Made by a program: the position numbers and the translations under genes. From assembly GCA_965204535.1 (NCBI GenBank), contig OZ241996.1, positions 64,001 through 128,000 on the forward strand: a stretch of DNA of 64,000 nucleotides, given 5' to 3'. A model generated the notes under the pieces. That model ran no database searches and was not told the origin of the DNA. It saw only the letters and a program-made list of their open reading frames with translations. This DNA comes from a bacterium (GTDB lineage Bacteria > UBA8248). Below, in pieces: positions 27,026-37,214 of this stretch; the stretch's first letter is position 1; every line of letters begins with the position of its first letter.

Positions 27026-27985
27026 CTAACGAAAATGCTGTTCCAGACTATAATATCTCTCCCAGCCGTCGGGAATGACGACCACCACGTTTTCCTCGGG
27101 ACTCATCCGCCGCGCCACCTCAAGAGCCGCATTTACCGCCGCTCCCGCCGAAATGCCTGCGGCCATGCCCTCCTCGCGGCTCAGGGCCTTGCTCATCTCG
27201 TAGGCGTCCAAGTCGCTCACCGGCATCACCTCGTCGATGATCGCCCGGTTCAACACCGCAGGCACGAAGCCCGCGCCGATTCCCTGAATCTGGTGCGGGC
27301 CGGGTTCCCCGCCGGAAAGAACGGGGGATGCGGCGGGCTCCACGCCGATGACGAGCGTTTCGGGCCTCCTCTCCTTCAGGACCTCCCCCACTCCCGTGAT
27401 GGTGCCTCCCGTCCCCACGCCCGCCACGAAGGCGTCTATGGATTCCGCGCCCATGTCGCGCAGAATTTCGCGCGCCGTGGTTCTTCGGTGGATCTCCGGG
27501 TTGGCCGGGTTGTTGAACTGCTGGGGCATGAAGTAGTCCGGGTTCTCCTCCAGGATGGCTTCGGCCAGCACGAGCGAGCCGTACATGCCGCCTTCGCTGG
27601 AGCTGAAAACCACCTCGGCCCCGTAGCCCGTGAGCAGGGAGTTGCGCTCGTGGCTCATGCTCTTGCTGAGCACGATGATCGTCCTGTAGCCGCGAATCGC
27701 GCCGATGAGCGCCAGGCCTATCCCCGTGTTGCCGCTCGTGGGTTCGATGATCGTCCCGCCGGGCTTCAGGAGACCGCGCCGCTCGCCGTCGAGCACCATG
27801 CTGAGCGCGATGCGATCCTTCACGCTTCCACCGGGGTTGTATTGCTCGAGTTTCGCGAATACGCGCGCGCCGGACGCATCGGGCAGGCGTTGCAGCTGAA
27901 CGAGGCTCGTGCCCCCGATGCGATCGATGAGCGAGGGAAGCGCCCTCAGAATCTGGGGCGGGCGACCCCGTGTTCCCAATGCCAT
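27026..27985 (-). CDS. cysK: Cysteine synthase A
   Basis: NPGGSVKDR, EPTSGNTG, QQFNNPANP, GVGTGGT, PHQIQGIGAGF. Confidence 0.92.
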   Translation of the reverse strand: MALGTRGRPPQILRALPSLIDRIGGTSLVQLQRLPDASGARVFAKLEQYNPGGSVKDRIALSMVLDGERRGLLKPGGTIIEPTSGNTGIGLALIGAIRGYRTIIVLSKSMSHERNSLLTGYGAEVVFSSSEGGMYGSLVLAEAILEENPDYFMPQQFNNPANPEIHRRTTAREILRDMGAESIDAFVAGVGTGGTITGVGEVLKERRPETLVIGVEPAASPVLSGGEPGPHQIQGIGAGFVPAVLNRAIIDEVMPVSDLDAYEMSKALSREEGMAAGISAGAAVNAALEVARRMSPEENVVVVIPDGWERYYSLEQHFR

Positions 27986-28030
27986 GAAAGTGTCCTTCCA
28001 GTTCTTTTTACACGGACCCAGACGAGCGTG

Positions 28031-28063
28031 AGCCTATAATTCCCAAACAAATTTGTCAAGAAT
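28031..28063 (-). promoter_or_regulatory. Sigma70 promoter of the cysK operon overlapped by an Rrf2-type operator
   Basis: Minus strand TTGACA(28059-28054)-17 bp-TAGGCT; 25-bp pseudo-palindrome ATTCTTGACAAATTTGTTTGGGAAT (28063-28039). Confidence 0.6.
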
Positions 28064-28190
28064 TCCATCTTAAAGAGATTTCCCGTTTTTTCTCCTCTTC
28101 GACATATTCCCGACATACTCCCAATATATTCTCGGTGTGCTACATTTTCATGCCGCATCGCCTTATGATGTGACGCAAAAGGAGAAAGAC

Positions 28191-29006
28191 ATGGCGAAAC
28201 CCGAGAGCCTGCCCCCCATTGCCCTCACGATAGCGGGCTCGGATTCGGGCGGCGGAGCCGGGATTCAGGCCGACCTCAAGACTTTCAGCGCTTTCGGCGT
28301 CTACGGCGCCTCGGTCATTACCGCGCTGACGGCGCAGAACACCGTGGGCGTACAGGGGGTGCACGGCGCGCCGCCCGATTTCATCGCAGCGCAATTCGAC
28401 TCGGTGTGTACGGATTTGGACGTGGCGAGCGCGAAAATCGGTATGCTCGCCACGGTCGACGTCATCGAAGTCGTGGCTGCGAAGCTCAAAGAGCACGCGC
28501 TCGCGCGCGTCGTGCTCGACCCGGTGATGGTCGCCAAAAGCGGAGACCGCCTGCTCGCGCCCGACGCGAGAGAGGCGCTCGTCGAAAAACTTTTTCCGCT
28601 GGCCGAGGTCGTCACCCCCAATACGGAAGAGGCGCGCGATATCCTGGAGACCAGAGAAATCGAAAACCTCGCGCAGATGAGAGACGCCGCCCGGGCTCTT
28701 TATGACCGGGGGGCGAAATGCGTTTTGCTCAAAGGAGGCCACATCACCGACGGGGCGATAGACGTTTTTTTCGACGGCGAAAATGAGGTCGCGCTCGAGG
28801 GCAGGCGCATCGACACCCCCCATACCCACGGTACGGGGTGCACGCTTTCCTCGGCCATCGCGGCGGGGCTTGCGCTGGGGGAATCGACCACCTCGGCGGT
28901 GAGGCGGGCGAAAGATTTCATACAAGGCGCCATCGAGAACGCGCTCGCCATCGGAAACGGCAGGGGCCCGCTCAACCACATGTACCGCCAACGCGAGGAA
29001 AAATAG
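28191..29006 (+). CDS. thiD: Hydroxymethylpyrimidine/phosphomethylpyrimidine kinase
   Basis: TIAGSDSGGGAGIQADLKT, TAQNT, DPVM, KGGH, THGTGC. Confidence 0.96.
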   Translation: MAKPESLPPIALTIAGSDSGGGAGIQADLKTFSAFGVYGASVITALTAQNTVGVQGVHGAPPDFIAAQFDSVCTDLDVASAKIGMLATVDVIEVVAAKLKEHALARVVLDPVMVAKSGDRLLAPDAREALVEKLFPLAEVVTPNTEEARDILETREIENLAQMRDAARALYDRGAKCVLLKGGHITDGAIDVFFDGENEVALEGRRIDTPHTHGTGCTLSSAIAAGLALGESTTSAVRRAKDFIQGAIENALAIGNGRGPLNHMYRQREEK

Positions 29007-29096
29007 CCATGAGCCGCGTATTCTCGCGCAAACGGATTTTTCATATGACCGGCCACGATTTCACAAGCTGCGATTCTACAAACCGAAGGAGCCGTT

Positions 29097-29501
29097 ATGA
29101 GCGATAGTAAACCATTGCGCGTGCGGGAGAGCGAAGCCCTGAGCGGGGAATTGCCCGTGCCCGGGGGCAGGAGCATGTTCCGCATTCTGCTGGACGAGGA
29201 GACCGTGGGCGCCAGGCAGTTCGCCCTGCTCATCAACGAATTCGACCCGGGCCTTACCTCCACCGCTCACAAGCACGACAAGGAGGAGCACGCCTTCTAC
29301 ATCATCAGCGGAACGGGGGTGATCGACATCGAAGGGGAGAAGATTCCCGTCGAGGCGGGCGATGCGGTTTTCGTGCCTCCGGGCAAGATGCACCAAATCA
29401 CGAGCACGGGTGACGCGCTGTTCAAATATATGGTTTTATACTCGCCTCCGGGACCCAACGTCGCGCTCCGGGAAAAAGGCGGCTATGGACTCGCCGAATG
29501 A
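29097..29501 (+). CDS. Cupin domain protein
   Basis: HKH…EH.FYIISGTG and GD.VFVPPG..H cupin motifs. Confidence 0.88.
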   Translation: MSDSKPLRVRESEALSGELPVPGGRSMFRILLDEETVGARQFALLINEFDPGLTSTAHKHDKEEHAFYIISGTGVIDIEGEKIPVEAGDAVFVPPGKMHQITSTGDALFKYMVLYSPPGPNVALREKGGYGLAE

Positions 29502-29578
29502 TTCGGGTCCGACGCGTGAAACCGTCTTCATGAAATCGGTATAATGGACTGACTTAAAATCCTTATCGGGAACAGAAA

Positions 29579-32128
29579 ATGACAACCGTGCTTTCGTTTC
29601 AGGTAGTGCCCAGCATTCCTCCGGAATTGAAGGGGCTCGAGGAAATCGCAGACAACATCGCCTTCGACTGGGACCATCGCGCGCGCGCGCTTTTCAGCAG
29701 GCTGGACGACGCCCTGTGGCAGGATTGCCACTACAACCCCGCGCAGATGCTGCGCTCCGTCTCTCAGGAGCGGCTCGATGCGGCGGCGCGCGACGCGCAT
29801 TTTCTCCGCGATATGGAGAGCGTGCTCAAAGAGCTTCACGCATATCTCCACAAACCGTCCTGGTACCAGAACCTGCCCGAGAGCGAAAAGAACGAGAACC
29901 AGCGCATCGCTTATTTCAGCATGGAGTTCGGGCTGACGGAATCCGTGCCCAACTACTCGGGCGGCCTGGGCGTCCTGGCAGGCGATCACATGAAATCCGC
30001 GAGCGACTTGGGGCTCCCTCTCATCGGCGTGGGCCTCGCCTACGGCCAGGGCTATTTTCGCCAGCATCTGGGGGCCGACGGCTGGCAGCAGGAGCGCTAC
30101 CCGGACAACGATTTTCATCACACACCCTTCCATCTCGAACACGATGAGAACGGAGAACCCGTCACGGTGGAAGTCGATTACCCCGACGGCCTCCTCACCG
30201 CCCAGGTCTGGCACGTCCAGGTGGGCCGAAACCCCATCTACCTCCTGGACGCCAATGTTCCCGGAAACGCGCCCTCGCTGCGCGAAATCACCCTGGCCCT
30301 CTACGGCGGGGACATGGAGACGCGGATTCGCCAGGAGATACTGCTCGGCATCGGCGGCGTGAGGCTGCTCCACGAGCTCAACCTCCCGCCGGTCGTCTGC
30401 CACATGAACGAGGGGCATTCCGCCTTCCTGGCGCTCGAGAGAATCCGTTATTCGATGGGGAAATTCGGCATCGACCCAGGCGCGGCCCGGGAGTTGACCT
30501 CAGCGGGAAACATTTTCACGACGCACACGCCCGTCCCGGCGGGCATCGACATCTTTCCGCCCGACATGATGGAGAAATACTTCCGCGACTATGCGGAATC
30601 CCTCTCCATGGAATGGGACGACTTTCTGGGTCTTGGCCGGGTGAACCCCGAACAGGGAGACGAGCCTTTCAACATGGCCGTCCTCGCGCTGCGCCTCTCC
30701 TCGGCGGCGAACGGCGTCAGCAAGCTGCACGGCGAGGTTTCGCGAAAGATGTGGCAGTCCATGTGGCCGGAAGTCCCCGAGCAGGACATTCCCATCGACT
30801 CCATCACGAACGGCGTCCACTTTCCCACCTGGGTATCGCCCGGGATGAAGGAGCTGTTCGACAGGCATCTGGGCGGCGCCTGGGTGGACGAGACGGACAA
30901 ACCGGAGATATGGGAGAGAGTCACTTCCATCCCGGAGAGTGAACTCTGGGGCGTCCGGGAGAACAGCCGAGAGCGGCTCATCGAATTTTGCCGCGCGCAC
31001 GCGCTGAAGCGGCCGCTGGGAAGCGTCACGCGCCCCAACGTCACCATCCTCCCCGACCCCGGGGCGCTGACGATCGGCTTTGCGAGACGCTTCGCCACCT
31101 ACAAGCGCGCCACTCTTTTGCTCAAGAGGCCCGAGCGCCTGGTCGCGCTCCTCACGAACGAGCAGAACCCCGTTCAAATCATATTCGCCGGCAAAGCCCA
31201 CCCGAGGGACATGGAGGGCAAGAGTTTCATTCGCGAGCTCCTCCATTTCGCCCGGAGGGAGAACGTGCGGGACAAGCTCGTATTCGTGGAGGATTACGAC
31301 ATCCACGTCGGGCGGCAACTCGTGCAGGGGGTGGATTTGTGGCTCAACAATCCCCGCCGGCCGCAGGAAGCGAGCGGCACCAGCGGCATGAAGGCCGCCG
31401 CCAACGGCGCCCTGAACCTGAGCATCATGGACGGCTGGTGGGCGGAAGGGTATGCGAGCCATCTGGGGTGGGCCATCGGCGGCCTCGAGACCTACAACGA
31501 CCCCGGCTACCAGGACGAGATGGAGTGCGAGAGCCTGTTCAACACCCTGGAGCAGGTCGTGGTTCCCCTTTTCTATGAACGGGGCGATGCGGGCATTCCA
31601 TACGGCTGGGTGGAGATGATGAAGAATTCACTGCAATCCCTCTGCCCCTACTTCAACACGAATCGAATGGTGCGCGAGTACGCCGAAAAATTCTACCTGC
31701 CCCTGGGAACGCACCATGCCCGCCTCATGGCGGAAGAAAGGGCGCCCGCCAAATCGCTCTCCGAATGGAAAGAGCGCGTGCGCCGCGCCTGGCCCGGGGT
31801 GGAGATCACCCGGATATCGATGGCGCAAAACGGCGTCGTTCCGCTCGGCGCCAGGATGCGGGTCGAGGCGGAGGTGGCGCTCGGGAATCTCTCCCCCGAA
31901 GAAGTCCGGCTCGAGATTTACGAAGGCCCCCTGAAAGAGGAAAGCCTGCTGGCCGGCGAGATCGTCTCTCCCATGCACTACGCGGAAGACCTCGGCGGCG
32001 GCGCTTACCGTTTTCACGGCGAGATAGAATGCCGCAAACCGGGCATGCACGGCGTGTCGGTGCGCGCGCTGCCCCACCACCGGCATCTCATCCATCCGCT
32101 CAGCCTGCACCTGTTGACCTGGGGCTAG
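29579..32128 (+). CDS. glgP: Alpha-glucan (glycogen) phosphorylase
   Basis: YSGGLGVLAGD, HMNEGH, ARRFATYKR, EASGTSGMK. Confidence 0.96.
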   Translation: MTTVLSFQVVPSIPPELKGLEEIADNIAFDWDHRARALFSRLDDALWQDCHYNPAQMLRSVSQERLDAAARDAHFLRDMESVLKELHAYLHKPSWYQNLPESEKNENQRIAYFSMEFGLTESVPNYSGGLGVLAGDHMKSASDLGLPLIGVGLAYGQGYFRQHLGADGWQQERYPDNDFHHTPFHLEHDENGEPVTVEVDYPDGLLTAQVWHVQVGRNPIYLLDANVPGNAPSLREITLALYGGDMETRIRQEILLGIGGVRLLHELNLPPVVCHMNEGHSAFLALERIRYSMGKFGIDPGAARELTSAGNIFTTHTPVPAGIDIFPPDMMEKYFRDYAESLSMEWDDFLGLGRVNPEQGDEPFNMAVLALRLSSAANGVSKLHGEVSRKMWQSMWPEVPEQDIPIDSITNGVHFPTWVSPGMKELFDRHLGGAWVDETDKPEIWERVTSIPESELWGVRENSRERLIEFCRAHALKRPLGSVTRPNVTILPDPGALTIGFARRFATYKRATLLLKRPERLVALLTNEQNPVQIIFAGKAHPRDMEGKSFIRELLHFARRENVRDKLVFVEDYDIHVGRQLVQGVDLWLNNPRRPQEASGTSGMKAAANGALNLSIMDGWWAEGYASHLGWAIGGLETYNDPGYQDEMECESLFNTLEQVVVPLFYERGDAGIPYGWVEMMKNSLQSLCPYFNTNRMVREYAEKFYLPLGTHHARLMAEERAPAKSLSEWKERVRRAWPGVEITRISMAQNGVVPLGARMRVEAEVALGNLSPEEVRLEIYEGPLKEESLLAGEIVSPMHYAEDLGGGAYRFHGEIECRKPGMHGVSVRALPHHRHLIHPLSLHLLTWG

Positions 32129-32224
32129 CCCCGGCGCGCCCAAAAGCGTATTTCAGGTTTTTCCCCGCTCCTGATAGACTGTTCGTGATGCAGGAAGATC
32201 CGCAGGCTCGGAGGAAAATACTTC

Positions 32225-32539
32225 ATGGACGACAAAAAATCATTCATCGTCGAAATCGGCCAGGGGGGAAGAGTCCGCCTCCCCAAGGATGTCATGAAAT
32301 CCCTGGGCGCCGGGCCCGGGAATCAGATCCGCTTCGAGATCGGGGATGATGCCGTGCGGATTCTGCGGCACCACATCAAAGACCCGTTCGCCGAAGCGGC
32401 CCAGAAGAAGACGCCCGACATCCAGGATTTGATGAGTCAACAGGCGGCCAGAAGAAAAGAGGCGGCCGACCTGTTCGAGAAGGGGATGCAGGAAAAACAC
32501 GAAATCAGACCCGAAGACCGGGAGGATTTCTGGCGATAG
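32225..32539 (+). CDS. AbrB/MazE/SpoVT-type DNA-binding domain protein
   Basis: IGQGGRVRLPKDVMKSLGAGPGNQIRF N-terminus; GGAGG RBS. Confidence 0.8.
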   Translation: MDDKKSFIVEIGQGGRVRLPKDVMKSLGAGPGNQIRFEIGDDAVRILRHHIKDPFAEAAQKKTPDIQDLMSQQAARRKEAADLFEKGMQEKHEIRPEDREDFWR

Positions 32540-32578
32540 CGGCGAAAGGCAGGTAAAGCAACACCGCTGCGGAACCCT

Positions 32579-34477
32579 CTACAAATTGAACCCTTCCTCG
32601 AAGCGGATGTTGGCCGCCTGCCTGAGTTTTTCCAGATACTGATTGAAGACCATCGCCCTTTTCAGGCGAAGCAGGCCCTGGCGGAAATCGGCTTTTTCCG
32701 ACTCGAACTTCTCCATGTCGGTCTGCGGCTTTTCCAACACCTCGAACAATACCACGTCACTCCCGGATTGGGCCATTCCGAACTCGCCCTGTTTGAGGTC
32801 AAACGCGAGGTTCGACAACTCCGGGGAGCGACCGAGCTCGTCGGGAACGTCCGCACGCTTGAAGGCTTCGGGCTTGAGGACTTCGAGGCTGAGTTCCCCG
32901 GCGATAGACGCAAGGCCGCGCTTTTTATCCTTGAGCTCCTGAAGCCAGAGCGCCGCTTTTCGTTTCGCAACCTCCGCACCCTTCAAGCGCAGGAACGATG
33001 CCTCCACCTGTTTGCGCACCGCCGGGAACTCGGGAACGAAAGGCTCCCTTTTCGCTTCGAGGCGGACGAAATTGACGCCCCCGTCCCCTTCCCGCTCCCT
33101 GGATATCTTCTCCTCGCCGCTCAGACCGAAGGCAAGCTCGCTCACGACGCCGGATGCAGGCACCGTTTGCGAAAGGCGGCCTCTCTCAAAGAACCCGGTT
33201 TTCCCCTTTTGCAGTCCGGCGAGGGCAGGCTCTGCTTTCTTGTCCTCCACCGCGTAGCGGATTTTTCTCAATTCATTCTTCGCCCGCTCTCTGGCGCGCA
33301 GGGCCCGCAAATCCTTTTCCACTTCTTCCCGGACTTCTTCGAACGGCTTCGCGCCGGGCAAGACCTTATCCCGCACCCACAGCAGGTGCATCCCGAATGA
33401 AGTCTTCACCGGCTCGCTCACCTCGCCTTTCTTCAGGCGATACGCCACCTGCTCCAGCTCGGGCAGCATCTGGCCCCTGCCGAAAACACCGAGGTCGCCC
33501 CCGCGCTCCGCCCCCGGACCTTCCGAGTGCGCCTTGGCCAGTTCGGTGAATTTCTCGCCCTTCAAGACGCGCTCGCGCAGCGCATCGAGACGCTTCCGGG
33601 CCGCATCCACCTGCTCTTTTTTCGCGTTGGGAGAAAGTTTCACCAGAATCTGATTGACCGACACGCTCTCCTTGCGCTCATGTTTCGCGCGGGTGCGCGT
33701 GTAGTGCGACCTCAAGTCTGCATCGCTGAGTTCGACCTCTTTCGCCACTGCGGAAAACGGGAGATGCCACCAGGATACCTGCCGCTGGGGGCCGGTCTTG
33801 AATTGTTCTTTATTCTTATCGTAATGGGCTTTGAGATCGGTTTCGAGTTTTGGCACATCCGCGGAGAAGGCCTCCGGCTTCAGGTGAACGGCGGCCAATT
33901 TGATTTCATCGTTTCTCCACTCATAAGCGCCCCGCGTTTCCTGCTCGCTCACCAGCACGCCCAGGCTCACGTAGTCGCGAAGCTGGCCGAGCAGAACGAC
34001 CCGCCGCTGATCCTCCTCGAACTGGCGGGGGGTGATGCCGTTCGACTCCAGGATGCTGCGATATCGCCCGGCGTCGAATCTCCCGTCTCTCTGAAACGGC
34101 GCGAGCGTCTGTATCTGGAGGGCGACTTGCGCGTCGGTGACCAGGATGCCGAGCCGCCGGGCTTCGCGCAGCTGAAGTTTCTCCAGTATGAGAGAATCGA
34201 GCGTCTGGCGCCTCAGACCGAGCTGGCGTGCGAGTTCTTCGTTATAGGCGGCGCCCAGTTGCCGCCTGAGCCTTTCCGCCTGCTGATAGTAGCGTTGCTC
34301 GAACTCATGTATCGAAATGGGCGTATCGCCCACCCAGGCCGCAATCCGGCCGCCCCCGGAATCGGCCGGCCTGTCCGTGAGCGCAAATCCGCCGAAAGAC
34401 ACGAACGTGAGCGCTACGAAGCCGAGCAGCGCCTTGAGGACCCAGCTTTTTCCCTTTTCCCTCAAAAAGCGAAGCAT
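32579..34477 (-). CDS. PpiD/SurA-like membrane-anchored peptidyl-prolyl isomerase
   Basis: N-terminal TM, SurA_N region, parvulin motifs FTELAKAHS, GGDLG, SEPVKTSFGMH. Confidence 0.88.
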   Translation of the reverse strand: MLRFLREKGKSWVLKALLGFVALTFVSFGGFALTDRPADSGGGRIAAWVGDTPISIHEFEQRYYQQAERLRRQLGAAYNEELARQLGLRRQTLDSLILEKLQLREARRLGILVTDAQVALQIQTLAPFQRDGRFDAGRYRSILESNGITPRQFEEDQRRVVLLGQLRDYVSLGVLVSEQETRGAYEWRNDEIKLAAVHLKPEAFSADVPKLETDLKAHYDKNKEQFKTGPQRQVSWWHLPFSAVAKEVELSDADLRSHYTRTRAKHERKESVSVNQILVKLSPNAKKEQVDAARKRLDALRERVLKGEKFTELAKAHSEGPGAERGGDLGVFGRGQMLPELEQVAYRLKKGEVSEPVKTSFGMHLLWVRDKVLPGAKPFEEVREEVEKDLRALRARERAKNELRKIRYAVEDKKAEPALAGLQKGKTGFFERGRLSQTVPASGVVSELAFGLSGEEKISREREGDGGVNFVRLEAKREPFVPEFPAVRKQVEASFLRLKGAEVAKRKAALWLQELKDKKRGLASIAGELSLEVLKPEAFKRADVPDELGRSPELSNLAFDLKQGEFGMAQSGSDVVLFEVLEKPQTDMEKFESEKADFRQGLLRLKRAMVFNQYLEKLRQAANIRFEEGFNL

Positions 34478-34721
34478 CAATGTGGCTCTCCTTCCAAATC
34501 GGCCGACCATGGGGTCGCCCGCGATTGCAGCGGCAAACAAATGAGAAAATAGCCCACCTCTCGTGTCATCGCAAACCGGATGAGGCGATTTTTGCGGCCT
34601 CCGCCTGCAACCCAACGGAATTTTCCTCGAATAGAGGCGCTTCCACCTTTGAAATTGGGGCTTTCCTTGATTTTTCTCACCTGGAGTGTAATCATAATGC
34701 GGAATACCGCCCAGGGTATGA

Positions 34722-35780
<1,059 letters not shown>

Positions 35781-35861
35781 CCGATATACTTCACCACAGT
35801 CACGGACACTGCCCACAATAGCGCTGTCGCGCGCATTTCTGGAAGCAAACCCTAGAATACT

Positions 35862-36695
35862 ATGTTTCAGTTTCTCGTCGAACGCAGAAGTTTAGCACTC
35901 CTCATCGGGTTGTTTGTCATCTGCTTCTCGCTTATGACGCTCAGTGTACGCTTTCGAGGTCAATCCACCTTGATGGAAAGAGCGCTTCTCTCTCTCGTCG
36001 GTTCGGCCATCCGGGTCGCCGAGATACCCAGAAAATGGTCGACCGATCTCTGGAAACAATACCAACTCATCAGAAATGCACATGAAGAAAACATCGCGTT
36101 GAAGCGAAAACTGCAAACGCTCACTGCGAATCATGCGCAGATACAGGAATTGAAACTGGAAATCGCGCGCCTCGAGAAACTACTCGGTGCATCACAGAAT
36201 CTGGAGGCGCCCGTTCGGCTCGCCCGGATTGTGGCTCGCAACAAGAGCATTTACGGGGAATCCTTCCTGCTGGACCTCGGGTCACGAGACGGCGTCCACA
36301 AGAACATGCCGGTCATGCACCAGGCGGGACTCGTGGGAAGAATTTCTCGCGTGGGGAACAACGTGAGCCAGGTTTTGGCTCTGCTCGATTCGAGAAGCGC
36401 CGTCAACGTCATCGCCCAGCGCACGCGCGCGCAAGGGGTCTTCGCCATTTCCTCGGCAGGAGAAAGCGAGGTGCGCTATATGCCGCTCCACGTGGAAATG
36501 AAGCCCGGAGACCACCTCATTTCCTCCGGGTTGGGGGGAATCTTCCCGAAAGGACTCCCCGTCGCCCATATAACGGAAATTACGGACGTCAGGGGATTGT
36601 TCCCGAAAATAAAGGCCAAGGCGATTGTGGATTTTTCAAATCTGGAAGAGGTCATGATCCTGATGACCAAGCCTAAGGAAAATCCCTGGAAATGA
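35862..36695 (+). CDS. mreC: Rod shape-determining protein MreC
   Basis: TM plus coiled coil, GLVGRI, SGLGGIFPKGLPV; synteny. Confidence 0.95.
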   Translation: MFQFLVERRSLALLIGLFVICFSLMTLSVRFRGQSTLMERALLSLVGSAIRVAEIPRKWSTDLWKQYQLIRNAHEENIALKRKLQTLTANHAQIQELKLEIARLEKLLGASQNLEAPVRLARIVARNKSIYGESFLLDLGSRDGVHKNMPVMHQAGLVGRISRVGNNVSQVLALLDSRSAVNVIAQRTRAQGVFAISSAGESEVRYMPLHVEMKPGDHLISSGLGGIFPKGLPVAHITEITDVRGLFPKIKAKAIVDFSNLEEVMILMTKPKENPWK

Positions 36696-37213
36696 TTGTT
36701 TTATTTTATATTATTCTCATCATCCTGACAATCGTCCTGCATACGTCGGTGGCGGATTATTTCTCAATCTGGGTTCACGCCAGGCCAGACGCCATTCTGC
36801 TGACGACCGTTTTCCTGGGTTTGCATCGTGACAGGGAGACGGGACTCATCGGAGGATTCAGCCTTGGAATTGTTGAAGACGTCCTCTCCGGAGGCTTGCT
36901 GGGTTTCAACGCGCTCCTCAAAGGACTAATTGGTCATTATACCGGCGGCCTGAAACCCAGCATGACGTCGCGTTTCATCGCGTTTCACTGCACTGTTGTG
37001 CTTTTCGCTTCGCTATTCAACATTCTGTTCTCTTTTCTTCTGGTAAAAATCTTTCTGCCCTCTCAATTTTTGACAGTCGGTTATTGGATAGACGCCATCA
37101 AGACGGCAGGTCTTAACGTCGCTTTGGCGCCGTTCGTCATCAGCCTTCTGGGAAAGATAGAGGAAAAGGTGCTACCATCCGAAGCGGACACGCCATACCC
37201 GGAGCGATCCTGA
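36692..37213 (+). CDS. mreD: Rod shape-determining protein MreD
   Basis: Hydrophobic, RPD and G…G…D motifs; between mreC and mrdA. Confidence 0.9.
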   Translation: MIVLFYIILIILTIVLHTSVADYFSIWVHARPDAILLTTVFLGLHRDRETGLIGGFSLGIVEDVLSGGLLGFNALLKGLIGHYTGGLKPSMTSRFIAFHCTVVLFASLFNILFSFLLVKIFLPSQFLTVGYWIDAIKTAGLNVALAPFVISLLGKIEEKVLPSEADTPYPERS

Positions 37214-37214
37214 G

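Noticed and set aside
28064-28190. TPP riboswitch upstream of thiD
   Set aside because: No CUGAGA or other TPP aptamer consensus visible; the region is short and promoter-like
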